64,000 bases of DNA from Promethearchaeota archaeon (GTDB taxonomy: Archaea > Asgardarchaeota > Lokiarchaeia > Sigyniarchaeales > SOKP01). Position numbers and translations under genes: made by a program. The stretch is taken from NCBI GenBank assembly GCA_008080765.1, contig SHMU01000001.1:1255-65254 (forward strand). Direction: 5' to 3'. The notes below the pieces were generated by a model. That model did not search any database and had not been told where the DNA came from. It saw nothing but the letters and a program-made list of their open reading frames with translations. Positions 9,569 to 19,800 of the stretch are shown here, in pieces. Numbering within the stretch: the first letter of the stretch is position 1; the number at the start of each line of letters is the position of its first letter.

Positions 9569-10360
9569 ATGATATTGCAAGCAAACGATATTCTTTTGTT
9601 ATTCCTTATAATTTTGCTGGGCTTTTTGGGAGCACTCTCCGATAGTGCATTGGGGATGGGGTACGGTTTATTATCTCCAATATTGCTTTCGATAGGATTA
9701 GATCCTTTAATAATAGTTCCGGTGCTTTTAATATCACAGATGACAACAGGCTTTACGGGAACAATTTTTCATTCTTTTTATAAAAACGTTGATCTAAGCT
9801 CGAAGCATACGCAAGATATTAAGGCAAGTGTCCTTTTTGTACTTATGGGATTATCAGGGATGACATTAGCGGTACTATTAACAATTAATTTAAGTAAAGA
9901 ATATGTGATGCTTTATATTGGGATTATGGTCTGCGTGGGGGGTATTTTAATGCTGCCTGAAATTAACTTTCCCTTCTCTTGGACTCGATTATATGTCTTG
10001 AGTATTATTGCCTCTTTTAATAAAGCAATTTCTGGTGGAGGCTATGGTCCCATTATGACAGTCGGGCAAATGACCTCTGGAAGGGAATCAAGAGAATCTG
10101 TAGCAGTCACTGATTTATCTGAGGCCTGTCTTTCAGGATATGGCTTTATCTTATATCTGATTCTCAATACATTTAGTGAAAATTTATTGCTCACCTTTGA
10201 GTTAGCATTAATAATGATCCTTTCTGGTATCGTCGCTACGCCAATTGGAGCATTATTTACCAAGAAATTAAGGAAAAAGGTCACAAAAAAGATAATAGGA
10301 GCCTTATCAATTACAATTGGCATATTCACGATCCTACGGTTTATATATGCCATACTTTAA
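9569..10360 (+). CDS. TauE/SafE (DUF81) family anion exporter-like membrane protein
   Basis: Polytopic. N-terminal LGFLGALSDSALGMGYGLLSPILL is typical of the family. Strong SD (GAGGTGAT) upstream of the ATG. Confidence 0.6.
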   Translation: MILQANDILLLFLIILLGFLGALSDSALGMGYGLLSPILLSIGLDPLIIVPVLLISQMTTGFTGTIFHSFYKNVDLSSKHTQDIKASVLFVLMGLSGMTLAVLLTINLSKEYVMLYIGIMVCVGGILMLPEINFPFSWTRLYVLSIIASFNKAISGGGYGPIMTVGQMTSGRESRESVAVTDLSEACLSGYGFILYLILNTFSENLLLTFELALIMILSGIVATPIGALFTKKLRKKVTKKIIGALSITIGIFTILRFIYAIL

Positions 10361-10485
10361 GATTTTTTAATCTTTTTATATTCAACCAATATTTCATTTT
10401 TTATTTTTTTCTTAGAGAGCTCCTATGTAAATTAATATTGTTTAACATTCTCATAAGCTCCTTTTACAAATGAAAAAAAGTGTTG

Positions 10486-10769
10486 TTAGAAAACTGAGAG
10501 TGGGTAATGATAAAAACCAACCAGAATACCAAGCAATATGAATAAACTTGAAATAAAGGTAGAATTGCCCCGTATGAAATTACGGAGTGCATGGACCCCT
10601 AATAATGGAGAATCATCTTCTAAAATGTTTTCAACCCATGAATTATAAATCAAATGAAATACATTATACTTTGAAAGTTGATTCTTTGTCAAATTTACAA
10701 AAAATAGAATATATAGGTCAGAAATCCGATTAAGAAGGTAACAACTGCAATATCGTCAACAATACTCAT
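10486..10769 (-). pseudogene. short membrane-protein fragment (DUF599-like N-terminus?) broken at an A6/T6 homopolymer
   Basis: ATG at 10769 opens MSIVDDIAVVTFLIGFLTYIFYFL*. Adding one T at the T6 run (plus-strand A6, 10699..10704) would fuse it to the called ORF 10486..10692. The family call is from memory only. Confidence 0.25.
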
Positions 10770-11027
10770 AAATTTCCAACTTTTTACTTTATGTAATTCT
10801 TTACTTATGAAAATAATAAAACATTATTAAAGTTCTTTAAACGCTTCTTATTTGTTAATTTCAATCCTTACTCTAAAGTTTATTGGTGATTTCCAAGAAA
10901 TCGTTTCTGAGGTAATAATTTGTAGAAGGAAAGGTTATATCATCAGAAATTTCATGCCATTGTCATATTATTTTGAAAAATTAGAAATTGTACTCAGTTT
11001 TGGTGTAGGATATTTAATATTTATCGT

Positions 11028-11462
11028 TTATGTTAGATGTGGTTCCAATTCAAAAATTTTTTTTTGTACTGAATCGGGTAAATAGGATTTTTCCTTTTTA
11101 TTATAATCATAAGAAACAATTTTAGCTTCCCCAATTGCTGCTATAGCGTGTTGTGACTTATTAATGATTATATACTTCATTATAAAACCATATTTCTCCA
11201 TTTTATCAATTTTAGCTCCAACTTGAATTGTATTAGAATATTTCAGAGGAGAGATATACTTGCACTTAGTACTTGCTAAAATGGGTCCAATAGCAGTCTT
11301 TTCCATAGTTTCCAAAAACCCAATTTTCTCGAAATATGCAATCCTTGCACTTTCAAAAAAACGAAAGAAAAAGATGTTATTAACATGTTGAAATGAATCC
11401 ATATACCCCCATAGAATGGGTAATTCAATAATAACCGGATACTTTTTTAGTTCCTCGCTCAT
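11028..11462 (-). CDS. acyl-CoA thioesterase, 4HBT/YbgC-like hotdog fold
   Basis: YMDSFQHVNNIFFFRFFESARIAYFEKIGF matches the D..ghVnN..Y..yfe.Ar signature. Confidence 0.75.
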   Translation of the reverse strand: MSEELKKYPVIIELPILWGYMDSFQHVNNIFFFRFFESARIAYFEKIGFLETMEKTAIGPILASTKCKYISPLKYSNTIQVGAKIDKMEKYGFIMKYIIINKSQHAIAAIGEAKIVSYDYNKKEKSYLPDSVQKKIFELEPHLT

Positions 11463-12180
11463 CTGTTAAATTAGTATATTAAAAATCTGTTAGTAATTGA
11501 TTTGAACTTATTAAACATTTTAAATTATCTCATTTTAATCTAAAAATAGTGCATAATTTGTTTAATATTTCCATTATTCACTTTTACAGCAAATTTTGTT
11601 GAGATTTTCGAAGCTTTTGGAAAAAATTCAAGCGTTAATATCCATTATGAATCGCATTTTTTGTATAGAATTTTCTATAGTTTGCTTGCTTGAACAAAAT
11701 GAAAAATATCTCGATTATTAATCTTAAATTTTATTCGATTCTTCGATTGGAAGATTGATAATCTCTTCAATTCGTTCAAAGCAGTCATCTAATTTTTCGA
11801 TTACAGTCTTAATATCCTCTTTAGTGGCAGAAGCTCCTTTAAAAGCACATATAATTAACCCTTTACCCCCTTCCTCTCGAATTAGTTTTGATAATAGTCA
11901 TAAATATTCTTCTTTCTCTATTCTATTCGATTCTGTTCTATTCTATTCTATTTATGTACTTAAATCCTATTAGCATAATATCTGATTAAATTCTTAAATA
12001 TGATCAATCTATTACTTAAACTGAGAGAGATTCATCTTTTCGAAACACTAATTCAATAACTATAAAAAATCAACTCATAATTTCTAATAGAAATCAGTTT
12101 AATGAAAGCTAAAGTTTCTTAAAAATCCAATTAGATTGCAAATCTCAATCTTTATATCCTATCTTATTTAATTTATACTT

Positions 12181-12618
12181 ATGAGTGATCTAGAACCAGT
12201 AAAATTTGATGATTATAAAGTGGGAGATTCTGCCAGTTTTACGAAAACGATTACCGAAGAAGATGTAATGAAATTTGCGGAAATTTCGGGCGATTATAAT
12301 CCAATTCATGTAAATCCTGAATTTGCCAAAACCCAACTCTTCGGCAAGCAAGTAGCTCATGGTGTTATCAGTGTGGGCTTGATATCAGCTGTATTAGGCA
12401 CAAAACTATTTGGCCCCGGTATCCTTTACGGAGAGCAATCAGCAAGATTTATAAAACCGGTATATTTTGGTGATACATTAACTGCAAAAGCGACAGTAAA
12501 AGAAAAGTTCACCAAAAAAGATGGAAAATTAAAATTTATTAGATGCCAAACTGAAGTCTTCAATCAAAATGATGAACTAGTAACAGACGGAGAAGGCGTT
12601 GTATTAGTGTTAAATTAA
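12181..12618 (+). CDS. MaoC-like (R)-specific enoyl-CoA hydratase
   Basis: FAEISGDYNPIHVNPEFAKTQLFGKQVAHGVISVGLIS is the canonical MaoC dehydratase motif. Confidence 0.85.
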   Translation: MSDLEPVKFDDYKVGDSASFTKTITEEDVMKFAEISGDYNPIHVNPEFAKTQLFGKQVAHGVISVGLISAVLGTKLFGPGILYGEQSARFIKPVYFGDTLTAKATVKEKFTKKDGKLKFIRCQTEVFNQNDELVTDGEGVVLVLN

Positions 12619-12766
12619 ACAAAGCTTTGTAAAAATTAAGAAATTACAACTTATATTTAACTGATATATTAAAGAAAAAAGGATGAAAGTGTTTCTGTTT
12701 TTTCTCTTTCTCTTTTTTAATCTCTTTACATTTCCAATAACCACAAATGGTAATTACTCTTTTATT

Positions 12767-13255
12767 TTAGTATTCTATTCCATATCGTGCCGTAATTCCT
12801 TGTGAGGAAAAATAATGTTTTATCATTCTCATTTCAGTAACCAGATCGGCACGTTCCTTTAATTTGGGATGCATATTACGACCACCAGTTAATATTAACT
12901 CCACTCTTTCGGGTTTCTTTTCGATTATATTCATAACATCCTCAATTTTAACTACATGCATCTCAATTGCAACACCGATTTCGTCAAGAATCACAATATC
13001 ATACTCATCGCTACAGATAATTTGTTCAGCAAATTCAATCGCTCGTTTACCCTCTTCCATATCAATATTTCCGGGAATTTCAATTAATTCCGTTGTACCA
13101 AATTGTTTCACATCAAAGTTTTTTGTATTTCTTATAGCCTCAATTTCACCGTATTTAGTATTCCCTTTCATAAATTGTATCATATACACCTTAAATCCAT
13201 GTCCCGTGGCTCTAAATCCTTGACCAAGTGCAGCAGTAGTCTTTCCTTTAGGCAC
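12767..13255 (-). CDS. cobA: cob(I)alamin adenosyltransferase, CobA/CobO/BtuR family; N-terminus frame-disrupted
   Basis: KGKTTAALGQGFRATGHGFKVYMIQFMKG plus ILDEIG and LILTGR boxes. The family N-terminus (MNERKRLKHGLIQVYFGRGK) is encoded from ATG 13335 in a different frame. See findings. Confidence 0.7.
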   Translation of the reverse strand: MPKGKTTAALGQGFRATGHGFKVYMIQFMKGNTKYGEIEAIRNTKNFDVKQFGTTELIEIPGNIDMEEGKRAIEFAEQIICSDEYDIVILDEIGVAIEMHVVKIEDVMNIIEKKPERVELILTGGRNMHPKLKERADLVTEMRMIKHYFSSQGITARYGIEY

Positions 13256-13502
13256 TTTTAGGCACTCCCAAAAGTTTTACCCCTACCAAAATACACTTGA
13301 ATGAGACCATGTTTCAAACGTTTTCTTTCATTCATATTTCAAAACCTTCTAACTCAATAATTTGACTAATTTCTTTATAATAATAATTCTTTTAACTTCC
13401 TTTCAAAGAAATCACTAATAAGTTTAGTAAATTATTAATCAAAAAGAAAATTTCTATCAATAAAGAAAGAGTGTGTAGAATTATTTGCGAACGTCTAAAT
13501 TA

Positions 13503-14345
13503 ATGTCCTTGGATGAAGTCATTTCAACGTATGTTGATGATGGGGATCTCATAGGTCTCGGCGGTCTATCATTTTGGAGAAAACCGTTGAGTGCGTGTCG
13601 AGAAATGATCAACCAAGGCAAGAAGGATCTTACCATCTTCACTTTTGTGGGAGGGATGGATGTAGATATGTTGGTTGCTGCAGGTTCTGCCTCAAGAATA
13701 CGATCTTCCTTTGTTGGAATGGAAGTATTCGGAATGGCACAACATTATAGAGAAGCCGCTGAAAAGGATATGATTGAAATAATAGAAGAGACCGAAGCAT
13801 CTTCAGCCTTAGGGTTGAGAGCATCCTATCTAAAGGTTCCATTCATGCCTTTAAAGGGAATCATTGGTACAGACTTCACGAAAATACGAAAAGACATAAA
13901 ACAATTTAAAGATCCTTTAGGTTCAGGGGCGGAATTGATGGCAGTACCGAGAATTGATTTAGATGTAGCAATTATCCATACGAATTATTCTGATGAATAT
14001 GGTAATGCCAATATACAAGGGGCAGTATGGCTTGATGATGATATTGCAAAAACCGCAAGAAAAACGATTGTAATTACCGAAAAATTAGTTGAAACAGAAG
14101 ACATAGTTCATTTGTCAAGAAATGCGCAAATTCCTGATCAATCCGTTCAGGCTGTTGTTCGAGTACCTTTTGGTGCGCATCCAACCAGCTGTTTTCCCCT
14201 CTATACATTTGATCCCCTCCACATACAACAATACATGAAAATGGACTTTGAGGAGTATAAGAAGCGATTTATTACCAATAAAATAAATGCCCAATACTTA
14301 AATGAAGTAGGAGGGGCACAAGCAATATTACGAATACTATTATAA
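13503..14345 (+). CDS. CoA-transferase subunit A (glutaconate/3-oxoacid CoA-transferase family I)
   Basis: LIGLGGLSFWRKP ... LTIFTFVGGMDVDMLVAAG pattern. ATG at 13503 preferred over the TTG at 13485 used in the track. Confidence 0.75.
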   Translation: MSLDEVISTYVDDGDLIGLGGLSFWRKPLSACREMINQGKKDLTIFTFVGGMDVDMLVAAGSASRIRSSFVGMEVFGMAQHYREAAEKDMIEIIEETEASSALGLRASYLKVPFMPLKGIIGTDFTKIRKDIKQFKDPLGSGAELMAVPRIDLDVAIIHTNYSDEYGNANIQGAVWLDDDIAKTARKTIVITEKLVETEDIVHLSRNAQIPDQSVQAVVRVPFGAHPTSCFPLYTFDPLHIQQYMKMDFEEYKKRFITNKINAQYLNEVGGAQAILRILL

Positions 14346-14360
14346 AAGGAGGATACAAAT

Positions 14361-15245
14361 ATGAGTGAAGAATATACAACTGATGAAATTATGACTGTAT
14401 TAATTGCGCGGGAGGTTAATAATGATGATATCATGATAGTGGGAGTTTCCACGCCAATGGTATGGGCAGCTTTTACTTTGGCAAAGGTGACCCATGCTCC
14501 AGATGCTATTTATCATTATATAATGGGAAATACGTTTGTGTATGAACCCCGAGAAGTCTCATTATTATATTTGGAAATGAATCTGCATAGAGGGTATAAA
14601 TTTCAAACATCTGCCGAATGTACATTAGAATATTTACCCTCTGATACGCTTACAACTATCGAATTTTTCAGACCCGCGCAAATTGATGAGAATGGAAATA
14701 CAAATAATATTTGTATTGGTGATTGGTATAATCCAAAAGTAAGACTTCCGGGTTGTGCAGGCATTGCAGACTTTTCTATGCTCTATTCTCGTGGACAATT
14801 TTTTTATTGCCCCCGACACGATAAAAGAACATTTGTATCCTCAGATAAGATGGATTTCGTGTCAGGTGTAGGTTTTAAATATGGAGAAAAAAGCGATAGC
14901 GGAGGCTCAGGACCTCAGTGCATGATTACTGATCTTGCATATCTTACATTTGATGATAAAACAAAAAGAATGAAAATTGGGTCAATTCATCCCGGAGTAG
15001 ATCTTGATGAGGTTATTGAGAATACGGGATTTGATCTTGTAATTCCCGAAAATCTGGAAACTACAAAACCCCCTACAAAAAGAGAATTGAAATTATTAAG
15101 AGAAAAGGTAGATCCATTAAATATTCGTAAATTAGAAGTTCTTAGAGGGAAAGAAAAAGAAGAGTTGTTAAATTGTATTATTGAAAAAGAATTAGAAAAA
15201 GAAAACAAATTCCCTAAATTATTGACTTCCACTTATATAATGTAA
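14361..15245 (+). CDS. CoA-transferase subunit B
   Basis: Sits 15 nt after subunit A behind a GGAGG SD. TTDEIMTVLIAREV and GCAGIADF patterns are typical of GctB-like subunits. Confidence 0.75.
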   Translation: MSEEYTTDEIMTVLIAREVNNDDIMIVGVSTPMVWAAFTLAKVTHAPDAIYHYIMGNTFVYEPREVSLLYLEMNLHRGYKFQTSAECTLEYLPSDTLTTIEFFRPAQIDENGNTNNICIGDWYNPKVRLPGCAGIADFSMLYSRGQFFYCPRHDKRTFVSSDKMDFVSGVGFKYGEKSDSGGSGPQCMITDLAYLTFDDKTKRMKIGSIHPGVDLDEVIENTGFDLVIPENLETTKPPTKRELKLLREKVDPLNIRKLEVLRGKEKEELLNCIIEKELEKENKFPKLLTSTYIM

Positions 15246-15257
15246 GGATCTCTTCTT

Positions 15258-16235
15258 TTAAGCGTCTTTTTTCAAAGAAAAATGAACTTTATTAAACATT
15301 TCTTCAAGATTTCTATAAATATCAAATTGATTATCAAGAAGATTGGAAGCGAGATCATCTAACTCCTCATTATTAAATAAGTTTTTAAGAAGAATTGATT
15401 CGATTCTATCAATCATACTTGCTTTAATTTTGTAGATATAGCGCTGGGTTTTTCTTGTTTTGATCAATTCCGAGAGTTCAAGATATTCTTTATGATCCCA
15501 GATCTTCTCGAGTAAGATATCGATCCCTTCGCCGCTTGCGGAGTTAGTCATCACTACGGGTGGTCGCCAACCGCTCTGAGAAGATGTAGCATCATCAAGC
15601 ATCATTTCAATTTGCACCACAAGATCTTCACCCCCTAAATCTTTTTTATTGACATCATAGATGTCTGCCGTTTCAATGATGCCCGCTTTCTGCATTTGGA
15701 TGGCATCTCCCATGTTCGGTGCCAGCATTACCACTACAGTATATGCTAAATTATATATGTCAAATTCTGATTGTCCAACGCCTACAGTTTCAATTAGAAT
15801 AACATCCATTCCATATGCTTCATATAATAAGGATATATCAAAAACTGCTCGTGACACCCCTCCTTTATATCCTCGAGAAGCTAAGCTCCGCATGAACACG
15901 TTAGGATGGATTGTAATCTCCTTCATTCTCACGCGATCCCCTAAAAAAGCACCTCCACTAAAGGGGGAGGAGGGATCTATAGAAATTATCCCTACAGATT
16001 TCCCTTCTTCAATAATTTTTTCAGTAAGCTTTCCTGTGAGAGTACTTTTACCTACTCCCGGAGAACCAGTCACACCAATGATATATGATTCATTGGAAGT
16101 ATTATTTAAATGCGTAAATATTTCTTCTGCTGAATTAGGATTATTTTCGACAAGAGTAATCAACCGAGCTAATGCTATTTTATCTTTTTGTTTAAATCTC
16201 TGACATAAATCTTCTATATTATACTCTTTTTTCAC
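15258..16235 (-). CDS. meaB: MeaB/ArgK methylmalonyl-CoA mutase-associated G-protein chaperone
   Basis: P-loop GVTGSPGVGKSTL, GDRVRM, ETVGVGQSE and NKKD boxes. Confidence 0.9.
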   Translation of the reverse strand: MKKEYNIEDLCQRFKQKDKIALARLITLVENNPNSAEEIFTHLNNTSNESYIIGVTGSPGVGKSTLTGKLTEKIIEEGKSVGIISIDPSSPFSGGAFLGDRVRMKEITIHPNVFMRSLASRGYKGGVSRAVFDISLLYEAYGMDVILIETVGVGQSEFDIYNLAYTVVVMLAPNMGDAIQMQKAGIIETADIYDVNKKDLGGEDLVVQIEMMLDDATSSQSGWRPPVVMTNSASGEGIDILLEKIWDHKEYLELSELIKTRKTQRYIYKIKASMIDRIESILLKNLFNNEELDDLASNLLDNQFDIYRNLEEMFNKVHFSLKKDA

Positions 16236-16358
16236 TAAGAATCAACTGATTAAATGTGTTGAAAAATGTTATATTATCTTATCCTAAGGTAATGTACTCT
16301 TTTATTATTATTTTATGGAAAATTTAATAAAAATAAACAAGATTAAAGAAAAAAAGAC

Positions 16359-16532
16359 TTATTTCTCGATATTGTCTTTGATAAAATTCACTATTTGAGA
16401 AGTCATTGAACCGGGTCCGAATACGTTAGCTACTCCCATTTTTTTTAATTCATCAAAGTCTTTTGCTGGAATAACACCCCCCAATAAAACCATGAACTCC
16501 TCTTTCATATTCTTCTCTTCCAATTTAGCCAT
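16359..16532 (-). pseudogene. truncated paralog of the methylmalonyl-CoA mutase B12-binding small subunit (C-terminal 57 codons only)
   Basis: Hand translation: MAKLEEKNMKEEFMVLLGGVIPAKDFDELKKMGVANVFGPGSMTSQIVNFIKDNIEK*. It aligns without gaps to the C-terminus of ORF 49649..50050 (41/57 aa and about 121/174 nt identical by hand count). The upstream in-frame sequence is unrelated and closed by TAA. Confidence 0.75.
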
Positions 16533-16824
16533 AAATTCCGTATACCCAAATGATAGAAATTATAAAAAAAAGTCTTCACGCTAAAGACCATACTTCAGAA
16601 GTGAATGGATTCAGCTAGGGCCCTATTTTTCGGATATTCCATTCGAGGTCTCAATTGATATATCCCCGCTACGGGACGATAAACTCTTCTTTAAATTCGA
16701 GGTCTTTGATGAGCTGGGCAATTCACGAATATATGATGGTCTGGATCAGTATATAATAAAAGATCTGGATAATCATAACAGTATATATACAATTTCGGGT
16801 ATTTTCGAAAACCAGATCTATGGA

Positions 16825-19800
16825 TTGGATGAAAATAATTATATCGATATAAATCCTCGTATCTTTCCGTTCGATAATGATTTGACGCATATTATCATTA
16901 CCACAGACTATGAGTCCTTCATCTTGGATACCAAATATATCTCCTCTGGAAAAACCTATTTTTCAGATCACGAAAATAATATTAAAATTAATTCCATCTA
17001 TTATGATATTTTCAGCGGCGAATTCACTTCTATCCCTTTAACAGTCTCTCTGTATCAGGGAGATACCTTACTTTCCTCAAATTACTTCACGCTTACCGCT
17101 ACAGGAGTCACTTTCAATGATATTATTATGGTTTCAAACTTGTCCGCAGTTCCCGATACAACTTTCCCAAACAACAATATCTTTATGAGCTTTGACACAG
17201 GTGCTGATTCTTATACGAATGCTCACAATATTCCCTATATAGTAAATTCATTATATCCTACCGTGGAGATAACGAATGAATACGGTGAAGTGATTGATAC
17301 CGTAATTCTCAAACCTAACTCAAACGGTTCACGCATAGAATTGTACTCTTCCATCAATATCGCACATAATTATTTTGAGCTTCCTATGCCTTCCTCTTTA
17401 CTTGCCGGCGAGGAATTATGCGATATTTCTTATATCGAGATTGCCGGTATAGCTTACGATTTTATCTATTATGTCGATGATACTTCTATTATTATAAAGC
17501 TTGCTACGCTTGACGAATTAACGGGTCCTTTCGACGTAAATATTGAATATTCGTATTCAAATAGCTATTTAGACAATAACCAATTTGTTGGATCCTATGA
17601 TTTTCAGAATTTACCGCAGAACTATTACACTTTAACAGGTACTTTTTATGATATTTCGGGGGCAATTTCTGAATTTACAATTCCTACCTTATTATGCGAT
17701 TATCAACCACCTGTTATTTTCCGACAATTCGATGAGTTAATCTCTATTAACCCTAAATATGCCAGTATTTCATTTTATATTCACGATGCCTCTCCAATTG
17801 CGGGTTGGTGGTTTGCTGAACAGGTGGATGGGATATGGACGGAGCAAAATAATACCTACACCTTTACATTTAATGATACCTCCTTTACCGACGGCTTATA
17901 TTCATTTACTTTACGGGCAAATGATACTTTGGGCTATAGTTCTTCTAGCACCTTTTCTGTATATCTGGATTCCGAAACTCCTATTATGACTAATTTCGAA
18001 AACCATTTTGAATACTTTAGCGGGCTGTATCACTGCCAAGTATCCGTAGAGGATGATTCTGCGGTGCGTGTGGTCCTGGATCATGCGATTAATCTGGAAA
18101 CATTAGAACATTATAATATTACCTTTTCTGTTTTTAAACTCGAGGGAGAAAATACATGGGATATCACTTTCGATACGACACAGCTTCCCGATGGTCCCTA
18201 TAATCTTACTCTTGCTATCATTGATGATGCGGGAAATGAGCTGGTTTATGTTATTGCGGATCGTGTCTTTGATAACTCCGCCCCTCAATTACTTGATCTC
18301 TACGATGAGGTATATATCGAGGGAGAGCTCTTATATTCGAGCGATCTTGATGACATCGTATACTTCAATGATCAAAAATACCTCTTCTTAGAGGCGGTCG
18401 ATAACATCTACGGAGAAAATATTACCGTAGAAATGCATTACAGCAGTCCCTTAGAACTCTATAGCATGCAAATCGAGGGTTCATTGGATTATAATATTCT
18501 CTCTTATAAGATCATCGGATACGGTTCTATCTATACCGAAATTTCACAAATTATCGATATCGAACGCTTATATATTGATGGAACGGATGTTGCGTTCACC
18601 ATTGATCGAACGGATGAAGATTTTTATATTGAAATTTCAGAGGATTATCAGTATTTACTTACTTCCGAAAATTCTGAGAGCATAACAGGAGATCTTTATA
18701 TATATCGTGAGAGTATACCCTTGAACTACAACACCTCTAAAGAGCTTTGGGAGCTTACCACCCCTACTCAGAGCTACTTTAACATCTCAGAGCATATGTC
18801 CATTCAATTCGGTGATACTTTCTTATTTTGGTATTCACTCGAGGATGGAGTGGAAAATAGGCTTCTTACCTCACGGTATACGGGTGTCTATGATAATTAT
18901 ATGGGGCTAATAGACCCTGATGCCTCATTTATGCTATTCCCCTTTGCAAATATCGATAATGAGGGAATCCTCATTTTTGGTGCCGATAACGCGCTTTACC
19001 ATACGGTCTTTCTTAATCTCTCGCACATTGTTCCCTCTTCTTCGCAAACACTTGATGTCGCACGTGCCTATCTGTACGGCTCTAATACCGCTGAATTTAG
19101 TACCGTCATGCCTCTAGGACAGGCATATCAATATTATGACGATATTTGGGCGTGCGCTTGGAATATTAATGATTGGGACGAAGGACAGATTCCTTCCGAT
19201 ATCTATTATCTTAAAGTGTTGCTTGTGGACAACGCAGGCAATTATCTATCTCAGATCAATCTTACTCATATATTTAATTACGAGCATATTGAACTCATTT
19301 CGGATGTGGTGTTCGGAGATATTTTCGAGTTCGATGCCAATTCTCCGTTCAATGTATATGAACTTACGGGTGCTATTAATACCGCCAATAACACGGAATT
19401 AATGAGCGTGATCTGCTCCTATTATTCTGCTACTCAAAATCAATGGATCCCCATACAAACTACTTCCTCCGAGCTTACGGTCGCCGGAGAGTATAGCACC
19501 TTTAATATTACATGGGATATGAATTACGATTATTCATTTTTAAACACCTTATACACTCAATCGTATGCTTATCTTCCCATGCGAATTGTGAATCCGTTTG
19601 AGATTGATACGGTATGGGGTTCTTGGGGAGTCTTTACCGATGCTTCATATACCGAATCTCAACCCATCTTATTAATCAATAATTCTGGGGCTCTGGATAT
19701 TCAGATCTTTACCTTTGATCCCGCTTCAGGATGGCTCCTTAATACCACCTTAAGTACGGTCATCGATTCAATTAGCTATTCGGAATCCGACTCGTATAGG

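Noticed and set aside
15661-16203. 180-aa plus-strand ORF antisense to meaB, and similar antisense ORFs (12864..13223 in cobA, 8716..9003 in the thiolase, 51218..51538 in mcmL, 10042..10353 in the TauE-like gene)
   Set aside because: Each overlaps a gene with unambiguous family motifs on the opposite strand and has no motifs of its own.
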